This document shows, piece after piece, positions 1-8,167 of a stretch of 64,000 nucleotides of DNA (position 1 is its first letter; the number at the start of each line of letters is the position of its first letter). The DNA comes from Burkholderiales bacterium (GTDB lineage: Bacteria > Pseudomonadota > Gammaproteobacteria > Burkholderiales > SG8-39), in assembly GCA_035310985.1 (NCBI GenBank), contig DATGDH010000072.1, positions 41,568 to 105,567 of the forward strand. Direction: 5' to 3'. A model generated the notes under the pieces. It was not told the origin of the DNA. It saw nothing but the letters and a program-made list of their open reading frames with translations, and did no database searches. A program made the position numbers and the translations under genes.

Positions 1-1044
1 GACGCGGCGCAGGTCGACTGCGTGATGTTCCGCGGGCGCGCCGCCGCGCTCGATTGGACCCCGCAGGACGGCGTGCGCGTCGAGGCGCGCGCGCTGGTGA
101 CGCTTTACGAACCGCGCGGGCGCTTCCAGCTGAACGTCGAGACAATGCGGCGCGCGGGCCTGGGCCCGCTGTACGAGCGCTTCCTCAGGCTGAAGGAGAA
201 GCTCGCGCGCGAAGGCCTGTTCGACGCCGCGGTGAAGCGCGCGCCGCCCCCGCATCCGCGCGCGATCGGCGTCTTGACCTCGCTCGGCGCAGCCGCGCTG
301 CGCGACGTGCTGACCACGCTCGCGCGGCGCAACCCGACGATCACGGTGATCGTCTACCCCGTCCCCGTGCAGGGCGAAGGCGCCGCAGCGCGCATCGCCG
401 CAATGCTCGCGCTCGCCGGCGAGCGCACCGAGTGCGACGTGCTGCTGCTGGTGCGCGGCGGCGGGTCGCTCGAGGATCTGTGGCCGTTCAACGAAGAGTC
501 CGTGGCGCGCGCGATTCGCGCGTCGCCGATTCCGGTGCTGGTCGGCGTCGGGCACGAGACCGACTTCACGATCGCGGATTTCGCGGCAGACCGGCGAGCG
601 CCGACGCCGACAGCGGCCGCCGAGATGGCGAGCCCGCCGCGCGCCGAGCTGCTCGAGCGCGTCGCCGTGCTCGCGCTGCGCGCTTCGCGCGAGGCGCGCC
701 GCCGGATCGAGTACGCCATGCAGGCGGTCGACGGCCTGGCGCGTCGCCTGGTGCACCCCGCCGAGCGCATCCGCACATCGCGTCGGCTGCTCGCGCAACT
801 CGGCGCGCGCCTAGCCTCGGCCGCGGCGCGCAGCCTGGATGCGGCGCGCTACCGCGTCGAGCACCTGCGCGCTGCGCTCGCCGGCCTCGATCCGAACGCG
901 GTGCTCTCGCGCGGCTACAGCATCACGCGCAACGCGGCGGGCGAAGTGCTGCGCGACGCGGCGCGCGTGGCCGAGGGCGAGCGCCTGGTCACGACGCTGT
1001 ACCGGGGCTGGGTCGAAAGCGAGGCGAAGCGCAAGGGGTCCTGA
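1..1044 (+). CDS. xseA: exodeoxyribonuclease VII large subunit, 5' end cut by window edge
   Basis: Frame 1 is open from nt 1. Translation shows RFQLNVE, GLGPLYERF, LKEKLAREGLFD, VRGGGSLEDLWPFNEE and VGVGHETDFTIADFAADRRAPTPTAAAE, typical of XseA. Confidence 0.9.
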   Translation, partial: DAAQVDCVMFRGRAAALDWTPQDGVRVEARALVTLYEPRGRFQLNVETMRRAGLGPLYERFLRLKEKLAREGLFDAAVKRAPPPHPRAIGVLTSLGAAALRDVLTTLARRNPTITVIVYPVPVQGEGAAARIAAMLALAGERTECDVLLLVRGGGSLEDLWPFNEESVARAIRASPIPVLVGVGHETDFTIADFAADRRAPTPTAAAEMASPPRAELLERVAVLALRASREARRRIEYAMQAVDGLARRLVHPAERIRTSRRLLAQLGARLASAAARSLDAARYRVEHLRAALAGLDPNAVLSRGYSITRNAAGEVLRDAARVAEGERLVTTLYRGWVESEAKRKGS

Positions 1045-1059
1045 GGCCGCGATGCGATA

Positions 1060-1626
1060 ATGCCCGCCATGGCTCACCGGCTGTCCAAAATCGCGACGCG
1101 TACCGGAGACGCCGGCGAGACCGGCCTCGGCGACGGCACGCGCGCGCCAAAGGACAGCCCGCGCGTGCAGGCGCTGGGCGACATCGACGAGCTCAACTCG
1201 GCGCTCGGCCTGCTGCTCGCCGAGGAGGTCCCGGACGCAATGCGCGCTGCGCTAGAGCAAGTGCAGCAGGACCTGTTCGACCTGGGCGGCGAAGCGAGCA
1301 TTCCCGGCCACCGGATCCTCGGCGAGGCGCAGGTCGCGCGCCTGGACACCCTGCTCGAAGACTGGAACCGTGATTTGCCGCCCCTCAAGGAATTCGTCCT
1401 GCCCGGCGGCTCGCGCGCCGCGGCAGCCGCCCACCTGGCACGCACGGTTTGCCGGCGGGCCGAGCGCAGCCTGGTCGCTCTCGGCCGGCGCGAGACGGTC
1501 GGCGAGCAAGCGCGCCGGTACCTGAACCGGCTCTCCGACCTGCTATTCGTTGCCGCTCGGCTGCTCAATCGCTATGCCGGGCGCTCGGACGTCATGTGGC
1601 GTCACGACCGAAGCAAGAACCGTTGA
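1060..1626 (+). CDS. ATP:cob(I)alamin adenosyltransferase, PduO type
   Basis: N-terminus RLSKIATRTGDAGETGLGDG and GDIDELNSALGLL match the PduO/MMAB family. GAGG lies 12 nt upstream of ATG 1060; an alternative ATG is at 1069. Confidence 0.85.
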   Translation: MPAMAHRLSKIATRTGDAGETGLGDGTRAPKDSPRVQALGDIDELNSALGLLLAEEVPDAMRAALEQVQQDLFDLGGEASIPGHRILGEAQVARLDTLLEDWNRDLPPLKEFVLPGGSRAAAAAHLARTVCRRAERSLVALGRRETVGEQARRYLNRLSDLLFVAARLLNRYAGRSDVMWRHDRSKNR

Positions 1627-2330
1627 TGCGCGCGCTAGTATTCGACGTGTTCGGCACCGTCGTCGACTGGCGCGGCTCGATCATCGCCGAGGGGCGCAAG
1701 CTCGGACGCGACAAAGGGCTGCGCGTGAGCTGGCCTGCGTTCGCGGACGCCTGGCGCGCCGGCTACCGGCCTGCGATGGCGCGGGTGCGCTCAGGCGAGC
1801 TGCCCTGGACTCCGATCGACGCGCTGCATCGCACGATTCTCGATGAGCTCTTGCAGCGCTTCCACATTACCGGCCTCACGGAGCAGGAGATCGATCACTT
1901 CAACCGCGCCTGGCACCGGCTCAAGCCCTGGCGCGACGCGCGCTCCGGGTTGCGCCGCCTGAAGGAGTCCTACGTCATCGCGCCCCTATCCAATGGCAAC
2001 CTGGCGCTGCTGACCAACATGGCGAAGCACTCCGGCTTGCCGTGGGACTGCGTGCTGTCGGCGGAACTGTTCCGCCATTACAAGCCCGATCCGGAGGCCT
2101 ACCGCGGGGCGGCGCAGCTGCTCGGCCTGCCGGAGCACGAGGTGATGATGGTGGCCGCGCACAAGGACGACTTGTTCGCGGCCAAGTCCTGCGGCCTGCG
2201 TACGGCGTTCGTGCCCCGCCCGCTCGAGCACGGTCCCAAGGGACGCGTCGACGTGTCTCCGGAGCCGGCGTTCGACGTCAACGCGCGCGATTTCAACGAC
2301 CTCGCCGACCAGCTGGCCGCGCGAGACTGA
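1626..2330 (+). CDS. haloacid dehalogenase type II (HAD superfamily)
   Basis: MRALVFDVFGTVVDW (DxFGT motif), SNGN and HKDDL motifs. ATG 1626 overlaps the upstream stop as TGATG. The track start at 1449 adds an Arg/Pro-rich extension lying inside the previous gene. Confidence 0.85.
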   Translation: MRALVFDVFGTVVDWRGSIIAEGRKLGRDKGLRVSWPAFADAWRAGYRPAMARVRSGELPWTPIDALHRTILDELLQRFHITGLTEQEIDHFNRAWHRLKPWRDARSGLRRLKESYVIAPLSNGNLALLTNMAKHSGLPWDCVLSAELFRHYKPDPEAYRGAAQLLGLPEHEVMMVAAHKDDLFAAKSCGLRTAFVPRPLEHGPKGRVDVSPEPAFDVNARDFNDLADQLAARD

Positions 2331-2344
2331 CCCGGAGAGGTGCG

Positions 2345-2752
2345 ATGGCAGAGATCAAGATCAGCAACGTCGAGTCGCTCGGCAGGCCGCTCGGCCAGTA
2401 TTCGCACATGACGCGCGCGAAAGCCGCCGAATACCTGTTCATCGCGGGCATGCTTGCCTCCGACAAGGCGGGCAACGTGGTAGGCAAGGACGATTTCGAC
2501 GCGCAATGCACGCAAGTGTTCGGCAACATCGCCGCCGCGCTCGAGTCGGCGGGCGCAGGCTGGGGCAACGTGGTCCAGTTCACCACCTATCTCGTGCACT
2601 CGCAGGATATTGCGCGCTTCATGGCCTTCAGACAGAAGGCCTTTCCGCGCATGTTTCCGAACGGCGTCTATCCGCCCAATACCCTGCTCGTCGTCGACCG
2701 GCTCGTGCAGGAACCCTATCTCGTCGAGATTCAGACGATCGCCGCGCTCTAA
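2345..2752 (+). CDS. RidA/YjgF family reactive-intermediate deaminase-like protein
   Basis: About 135 aa with the YjgF-like pattern (GQYSH..., FIAGM..., NVVQFTTYL..., LVEIQTIA). GGAGAGG lies just upstream of ATG 2345. Confidence 0.85.
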   Translation: MAEIKISNVESLGRPLGQYSHMTRAKAAEYLFIAGMLASDKAGNVVGKDDFDAQCTQVFGNIAAALESAGAGWGNVVQFTTYLVHSQDIARFMAFRQKAFPRMFPNGVYPPNTLLVVDRLVQEPYLVEIQTIAAL

Positions 2753-2898
2753 TCGGTGGCGGATAGTCGACAGCAATCGTCGACCTTTCGACCCCGGAAA
2801 TCCGGCAAAATTCACGTTTATTCAATGCGTTATCGAATATCCGAGGGCTCTGGCCGCCAGGCATGGCGCTTGCGTAGCCATAGGGCGAGGAGCCGATC

Positions 2899-3330
2899 AT
2901 GGAACTACTCGATCAAGACTTCAGCGCAAGGCGCGTCGCGCCAGGGAGCGAACGGCCGGCCCGCGTGCTGGTGGTGCACGACCAGGAATCGACGCGTCTG
3001 CTCCTCGCCCACATCGTCAGCCGGGAGCCCAACACGCGCGTCGTGCTGGCCGGCACCTGCGAGCAGGCACTGCAGTTCGCGGATGCAACGACCTACGACA
3101 TGATCCTTCTCGACCTGATGATGCCGGGAATCGGCGGCCTCGAAGTGCTCAGGCGGCTGCGCGTCGGCGCGACCAACCGCTGGACGCCGGTCGTGGTCGT
3201 CTCGGCGCGCGATGATCGCGAAGCGAGGCTGCGCTGCAAGGCGCTCGGCGCCAATGCCTTCGTCACCAAGCCGGTCGCGCGTGCAGACATCGTCGCGGCA
3301 TTGCGCGCGCACTCCGCTCAAGCGCACTGA
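2899..3330 (+). CDS. stand-alone response-regulator receiver domain (CheY-like, no output domain)
   Basis: RVLVVHDQES, DMILLDLMMPGIGGLEVL, PVVVVSA and AFVTKP give the D/T(S)/K receiver pattern. Only 143 aa. GAGGAG RBS upstream. Confidence 0.8.
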   Translation: MELLDQDFSARRVAPGSERPARVLVVHDQESTRLLLAHIVSREPNTRVVLAGTCEQALQFADATTYDMILLDLMMPGIGGLEVLRRLRVGATNRWTPVVVVSARDDREARLRCKALGANAFVTKPVARADIVAALRAHSAQAH

Positions 3331-3427
3331 TCCCTCTGACCACGGGAAAAGTGGGTTGCGCGCCTGAAAACGCGTCGCATTGACGCGCATCAAGTCCGCG
3401 GCTGGGGCGCGTGAAAAGATTCCCAAT

Positions 3428-3844
3428 ATGGGCGCGCGCTGGGAACACTTCGAGCATGGCGCCGACGTCGGCGTGCGCGGCTTCGGCGCGAGCAAGAACG
3501 AAGCCTTCGAGCAGGCCGCGCTGGCGCTTACCGCGGTGATCGCCGAGCCCGCCGCGGTCGAGGCGCGCGAGGGGGTCGAGATCGAGTGCGAGGCGCCGGA
3601 CGACGAGCTGCTGCTCGCCGAGTGGCTGAATGCGTTGATATACGAGATGGCGACGCGCAAGATGCTGTTCAGCCGCTTCGCGGTGCGCATCGACGGGACC
3701 CGGCTGAGCGCCGAAGCGCGCGGCGAGCCGGTGGACGTGGCGCGCCACCATCCCGCGGTCGAGGCGAAGGGCGCGACCTACACCGCGCTGCGCGTGGCGC
3801 GCGAAGGCGGCGAGTGGGTCGCGCAGACGGTCGTGGACGTTTGA
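3428..3844 (+). CDS. archease (RtcB activator)
   Basis: [16 protein letters not shown]...AFEQAALAL...[10 protein letters not shown] resembles the archease family. Lies 3 nt upstream of rtcB. The track start 3380 is a TTG without an RBS. Confidence 0.85.
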   Translation: MGARWEHFEHGADVGVRGFGASKNEAFEQAALALTAVIAEPAAVEAREGVEIECEAPDDELLLAEWLNALIYEMATRKMLFSRFAVRIDGTRLSAEARGEPVDVARHHPAVEAKGATYTALRVAREGGEWVAQTVVDV

Positions 3845-3847
3845 GCC

Positions 3848-5278
3848 ATGGATATCAACCTCCTTAAACGGCGTTCCGAATACGAATGGGAGATCCCGCA
3901 GCAAGGCGCGATGCGCGTGCCGGCGGTGATCTACGCGGACGAAGCGCTGGTGCGCGACATGGACCGCAAGGTGTACGAGCAGGCGGTGAACGTGGCGATG
4001 CTGCCCGGCATCGTCAAGGCCTCCTACGCCATGCCCGACGCGCACTGGGGCTACGGCTTTCCGATCGGCGGCGTGGCAGCCTTCGACCCGGAACAAGGCG
4101 GCGTGGTCTCCGCAGGCGGCGTCGGCTTCGACATCTCCTGCGGCGTGCGCTGCCTGCACACCGGGCTCGCGCGCGCCGACGTCATGCCGGCACAGAAGGC
4201 GCTCGCCGAAGCGCTCTACTACCGCATCCCGGCGGGCGTGGGCAGCACCGGCGCGATTCGCCTGAACGAGGCCGAGATGGACGCCATGCTCGCCGGCGGC
4301 GCGCGCTGGGCAGTCGAGCGCGGCTGGGGCGAGGCCGCCGACCTCGAGCGCATCGAGGAGTACGGCAGGATGAGCGGCGCTAAGCCAGGCAACGTATCGC
4401 AGCACGCGAAGAAGCGCCAGCGCGACGAAATGGGCACGCTCGGCAGCGGCAACCACTATCTCGAAGTGCAGGAAGTGACCGCCGTCTACGAGACCACGAT
4501 CGCGGGCCAGTTCGGTCTGGAGCGGGGCGACATCGTGGTGATGATCCACTGCGGCTCGCGCGGCCTGGGCCACCAGATCGGCACCGAGTACCTGAAGCGC
4601 ATGGCGATCGCCGCGCAGCAGCACGGCATCGCGCTGCCCGACCGGGAGCTCGCCTGCGCGCCGATCCGCTCGGCGGTCGGCGAGGAGTACCTTGGCGCGA
4701 TGCGCGCCGCGATCAACTGCGCGCTCGCCAACCGGCAGATCCTCACTCACCTCGTGCGCAAAGTCTTCGCCGAGCTCCTGCCGCAGGCGCGCCTGCCCCT
4801 GCTGTACGATGTCTCGCACAACACTTGCAAGGTAGAGGAGCACCGCAGCGACGGCGGCAAGCGCCAGCTGTATGTGCACCGCAAGGGCGCCACACGCGCC
4901 TTCGGCCCGGGCCATCCCGACGTCCCGGAGCCGCTGCGCGCGGCCGGACAGCCGGTGCTGATCGGCGGCTCGATGGGCACCGGCTCGTACGTGCTCGCGG
5001 GTACCGTCGCCTCCGAGTCTCTCGCCTTCAGCTCCGCCTGCCACGGCGCGGGCCGCGCGATGAGCCGGCACGAGGCGCTGCGCAGATGGAAAGGGCGCAA
5101 GGTTGTCGACGATCTCGCGGCACGTGGCATTCTCATCAGGAGCCCGTCGATGCGCGGCATCGCCGAAGAGGCGCCCGAAGCCTACAAGGACGTGTCGGCC
5201 GTCGTCGATGCCGCGGACACGGCCGGACTGGCGAAGAAAGTCGCGCGCCTCGAGCCGCTGGTGTGCATCAAGGGCTAG
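3848..5278 (+). CDS. rtcB: RNA-splicing ligase RtcB (long archaeal/eukaryal-like type, 476 aa)
   Basis: PDAHWGYGFPIGGV, GFDISCGVR, GSGNHYLEVQ, HCGSRGLGHQ, HNTC and SACHGAGR are the metal/GMP-binding signatures of RtcB. Confidence 0.95.
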   Translation: MDINLLKRRSEYEWEIPQQGAMRVPAVIYADEALVRDMDRKVYEQAVNVAMLPGIVKASYAMPDAHWGYGFPIGGVAAFDPEQGGVVSAGGVGFDISCGVRCLHTGLARADVMPAQKALAEALYYRIPAGVGSTGAIRLNEAEMDAMLAGGARWAVERGWGEAADLERIEEYGRMSGAKPGNVSQHAKKRQRDEMGTLGSGNHYLEVQEVTAVYETTIAGQFGLERGDIVVMIHCGSRGLGHQIGTEYLKRMAIAAQQHGIALPDRELACAPIRSAVGEEYLGAMRAAINCALANRQILTHLVRKVFAELLPQARLPLLYDVSHNTCKVEEHRSDGGKRQLYVHRKGATRAFGPGHPDVPEPLRAAGQPVLIGGSMGTGSYVLAGTVASESLAFSSACHGAGRAMSRHEALRRWKGRKVVDDLAARGILIRSPSMRGIAEEAPEAYKDVSAVVDAADTAGLAKKVARLEPLVCIKG

Positions 5279-6390
5279 AGTCCGCCGCAGCCGCGACGCT
5301 GTTCCTGTGCGGCGACGTGATGACCGGTCGCGGCGTAGATCAGATCCTGCAACAGCCGAGCGCGCCGCAATTGCACGAGCCGTACGTCGACTCGGCGCTC
5401 GAATACCTGGCGCTCGCCGAGCGCGCGAGCGGCCCGGTCGCCCGGCCCGCGCAGCCCGCTTACGTGTGGGGCGACGCTCTCGCCGAGCTCGAGCGGGCGC
5501 GACCGCAGGCGCGCATCGTCAATCTCGAGACGTCGGTGACGACCTCGGAGGACGCCTGGCCGGCCAAGGGAATCCACTATCGCATGCACCCTGCGAACGT
5601 CGCATGCCTGAGCGCCGCGGGAATCGACTGCTGCGTGCTCGCGAACAACCACGTGCTCGACTGGGGCTATCGCGGGCTTGCCGAAACGCTAGACACATTG
5701 CATGCGACGGGACTGCGTACTGCCGGAGCTGGCCGTGACGACGCCGAGGCGTGCGCGCCGGCCGAGATCCCGCTCGCGGGCGGGTCACGCCTTCTGGTGT
5801 TCGCCTATGGCATGGAGAGCTCCGGCGTGTCGCCGGACTGGGCGGCGGGCGAGAGGCGCGCGGGCGTCGCGTTCCTGCCTGACTTGTCGGCGCGCAGCTT
5901 CGAGGCGGTAGCGCGCCGCGTGCGCGCTGCGAAGCGCGCGCGCGATCTCGCGCTCGTATCGCTGCACTGGGGCGGCAACTGGGGCTACGAGGTGGCGCGC
6001 GCCGAGCGCGCGTTCGCGCATGCGCTGGTCGATGCGGGCGCGGACCTCGTGCACGGCCACTCCTCGCACCATCCTAAAGGCATCGAAGTCTACGGCGACA
6101 GGCTCATCCTGTACGGCTGCGGCGACTTCCTGAACGATTACGAGGGCATCGGCGGCTACGCTTCGTTTCGCGCCGAGCTGACGCTGATGTACTTGCCGAC
6201 GCTGGATGCGGCCAACGGCCGGCTGCTCGGGCTGGAACTCGTGCCGATGCGAATCCGGCGCTTGCGCCTGGAGCGCGCGTGCGAAGCGGATGCGCGCTGG
6301 CTCGATGCGATGCTCGGCCGGGAGGGAAAGAAGCTCGGCACGCGCGTCGAGCGCGCCGCCGGCGGCAGCCTCGCGCTACGCTGGGAATAA
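5263..6390 (+). CDS. CapA/PGA_cap family metallophosphoesterase (no signal peptide seen)
   Basis: LFLCGDVMTGRG, VNLETS, NVACLSAAGIDCCVLANNHVLDWG and VHGHSSHHPKG are calcineurin-like/CapA motifs. The first motif precedes the first ATG (5320), so GTG 5263, 16 nt inside rtcB, is the best canonical start. Start uncertain. Confidence 0.75.
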   Translation: MHQGLESAAAATLFLCGDVMTGRGVDQILQQPSAPQLHEPYVDSALEYLALAERASGPVARPAQPAYVWGDALAELERARPQARIVNLETSVTTSEDAWPAKGIHYRMHPANVACLSAAGIDCCVLANNHVLDWGYRGLAETLDTLHATGLRTAGAGRDDAEACAPAEIPLAGGSRLLVFAYGMESSGVSPDWAAGERRAGVAFLPDLSARSFEAVARRVRAAKRARDLALVSLHWGGNWGYEVARAERAFAHALVDAGADLVHGHSSHHPKGIEVYGDRLILYGCGDFLNDYEGIGGYASFRAELTLMYLPTLDAANGRLLGLELVPMRIRRLRLERACEADARWLDAMLGREGKKLGTRVERAAGGSLALRWE

Positions 6391-6448
6391 GCTTTAAATT
6401 GAATTTGCACCGACCGGACCGGTCGAACCGCTAACAAGGAGGTGCCCC

Positions 6449-6814
6449 GTGCGCGCGCAAACCTTTGCCTGGCTCATCCCGCTCTCGATCCTGCTCATGG
6501 GCGCCGCCCAAGCGGCCGAAATCGCCATCGTGCAGCCTGCGCACGAGGAGACGATCCACAACAACGAGGGCGACCTTACCGTCCAGGTCGCGCATTCGGG
6601 CGGCGAGCCGGACGGCAGCGTGCGGCTCGTGCTGGACGGGACCGCGCTGCCCCACAGCTACCGCTCGGACGTCATCGAGCTGATCGGCATCGACCGCGGC
6701 ACGCACACGCTACAGGCGGAGCTGCTAGACGCCAAAGGCGGGCAGCTTGCCGCCTCGGAGCCGGTCACTTTCTACATGTGGCAGGCGTCGCGCCTTTTCC
6801 CCAGTCGCAAGTGA
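6449..6814 (+). CDS. small secreted hypothetical protein
   Basis: AAGGAGG lies 6 nt upstream of GTG 6449. N-terminal signal peptide (LIPLSILLMGAAQA/AE). GC3-rich codons. No family recognised. Confidence 0.55.
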   Translation: MRAQTFAWLIPLSILLMGAAQAAEIAIVQPAHEETIHNNEGDLTVQVAHSGGEPDGSVRLVLDGTALPHSYRSDVIELIGIDRGTHTLQAELLDAKGGQLAASEPVTFYMWQASRLFPSRK

Positions 6815-6832
6815 GCACGCCGCCGGCCCCGT

Positions 6833-7399
6833 TCACGTCTCAGCAGCCGGCCCCCGCTCTCCGATGAGGCGCAGCAGCCGTGTGCTCGTAGCGCGCAAGC
6901 GCTGCGAGAGCACCAGCACCAGCTCCATCAGGATCTTGGAGCCGAGCAGCGGCTGCTCCACGATGATGCGCGCCAGCCGGTCGCGGTCGAGCACCGCGAA
7001 TGTGGTGGGCTCGGTCGCGACGCAGGCGGCGAAGCGTGGCTCGCCGTCCAGCATGGACATTTCGCCCAGAGTGCGGCCTCCGTCGGCGACGGCGATCACC
7101 TGCTGACGCTCGTTCGCATCGCGCTTGAGCACTTCGACGCGGCCCTCGATCACGAGCAGCATGAAGTCGCCGCCGTCACCTTCGCGGATCACCTCGGTGC
7201 CGGCGGTGGCGCGAAACACCTCCATGAAGTGCGCCAGCGTGCGCACCTCGGCGGCGGAGAAATTCTCCAGCAGCCGGCAGCGCGGAATCAGCACGTGAAT
7301 CTGATTGGCGAACTTGGTTGCGTCGCCGAGGTACTCCAGGTGCGCGAGCTGCTTCGGGCGGTCGGCCATGGCGCTGGCGGAGGTGTGATCTCGCGGCAT
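6833..7399 (-). CDS. cyclic-nucleotide-binding domain protein (no HTH)
   Basis: LLENFSAAEV...GTEVIREGDGGDFMLLVIEGRVEV...GRTLGEMSMLDGEPRFAACVA is a cNMP-binding beta-barrel pattern. Only 188 aa, with no DNA-binding domain. Confidence 0.8.
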   Translation of the reverse strand: MPRDHTSASAMADRPKQLAHLEYLGDATKFANQIHVLIPRCRLLENFSAAEVRTLAHFMEVFRATAGTEVIREGDGGDFMLLVIEGRVEVLKRDANERQQVIAVADGGRTLGEMSMLDGEPRFAACVATEPTTFAVLDRDRLARIIVEQPLLGSKILMELVLVLSQRLRATSTRLLRLIGERGPAAET

Positions 7400-7409
7400 T
7401 ATGCCGCGA
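7391..7409. repeat. perfect 9+1+9 bp palindrome TCGCGGCAT-T-ATGCCGCGA
   Basis: Read directly from the sequence. It spans the ATG (7399..7397) of the cNMP-binding gene and lies 2 nt downstream of the TauE-family stop (7412). Confidence 0.6.
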
Positions 7410-7411
7410 CT

Positions 7412-8167
7412 TTAGCCCACTGCGGCGCGCGCGAGCAGCGAGACGCCGGATACGACGAGCAGCGCGTACACCAGCCGCACTACGGCACCGGCAGGCACCG
7501 CCGCGTGCAGGCGGTTGCCGATCGCGAAGCCGCCGAGCAGCGCCGGGACGAGCATCAGGGCCAGGCTTATCAGCCCGTCCTGGGAGAGAAGTCCGGTGGC
7601 GCCGAAAAGCACGGCGCGCACGACCGAGGACAGCATGATCGTCGCCGCATTGGTGGCGCGCAGTTCGGCCTTGTCGCGGATGCGGCCGCTGTTGTAGATC
7701 GCGTACAGCACGCCCCCCGTGCCGAACAGCACCGACAGCGCGCCCCCGGCGAGACCGATCGGCGCACTCCACGCGCGCGCGAGCCGCACAGGCGCGCCGC
7801 GTCGCGACAGACCGTAGCCCGCGTAGGCGAGCACGAACACGCCGAGCGCAGCGAGCAGCCCTTGTTCCGGCAGCGCGATGAGCAACGTCAGACCGAGCGC
7901 CATCCCCGCGAGCATGAACGGCACCAGCCATCCCGCCTCGGCGTAGCGGATGCGGCGCCGGAAGCGCGCACCGAAGAGGGCGAACGCCGCCAGGTCGAGC
8001 AGCATCATCAGGGGCACGGCGAATCTGAGGGGCAGTAACTGCGCGAGCAGCGGCATCGCCACCACGGTGGAGCCGAAGCCCGTCATCCCGTAGACCGCAT
8101 AGGCGCCGGTCACGATCAGCGCCGCGAGGGCGATCGTGGCGGGCGAGAGCGCCTCCAGGGAAGTCAG
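7412..8167 (-). CDS. TauE/SafE family membrane transporter (sulfite-exporter family)
   Basis: Multi-TM protein with GMTGFGSTVV...P and GGALSVLFGTGG repeats typical of TauE/SafE. The 455-aa track ORF is Arg-rich upstream and lies inside aroG. There is no ATG/TTG before TM1; candidates are CTG 8167, CTG 8158 and GTG 8113. Start uncertain. Confidence 0.7.
   Translation of the reverse strand: MTSLEALSPATIALAALIVTGAYAVYGMTGFGSTVVAMPLLAQLLPLRFAVPLMMLLDLAAFALFGARFRRRIRYAEAGWLVPFMLAGMALGLTLLIALPEQGLLAALGVFVLAYAGYGLSRRGAPVRLARAWSAPIGLAGGALSVLFGTGGVLYAIYNSGRIRDKAELRATNAATIMLSSVVRAVLFGATGLLSQDGLISLALMLVPALLGGFAIGNRLHAAVPAGAVVRLVYALLVVSGVSLLARAAVG

Noticed and set aside
2794-2842. Small palindromes upstream of the receiver gene (CCGGAAATCCGG; ATTCAAT-GCGTT-ATCGAAT) as operator sites.
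   Set aside because: They are short or imperfect (6 of 7 matches), and nothing links them to a regulator. The region may simply be an AT-rich promoter.
3331-3427. Sigma54 promoter / RtcR-type control upstream of archease-rtcB.
   Set aside because: No TGGCAC-N5-TTGC-like element is present. There is only a TTGACG hexamer without a matching -10 and a weak 6-bp inverted repeat (CGCGTC/GACGCG), which is insufficient to call.
3263-5071. 602-aa minus-strand ORF antisense to archease/rtcB. The same class includes 12032..13792(+), 21148..23883(-), 23672..25465(-), 26733..28871(+), 28834..31203(+), 29537..31597(-), 31137..33455(-), 36565..38928(-), 37089..38855(+), 40500..41717(+), 50818..52503(+) and 53634..54755(+).
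   Set aside because: These are typical high-GC shadow ORFs. Their translations are Arg/Ala/Gly/Pro/His-rich and low in complexity, with no recognisable motifs. Each lies entirely inside or opposite a gene with strong family signatures (rtcB, alaS, RND components, TPP enzyme, hyuA/B, coxL, recA, ribB/rplS/trmD, ffh).
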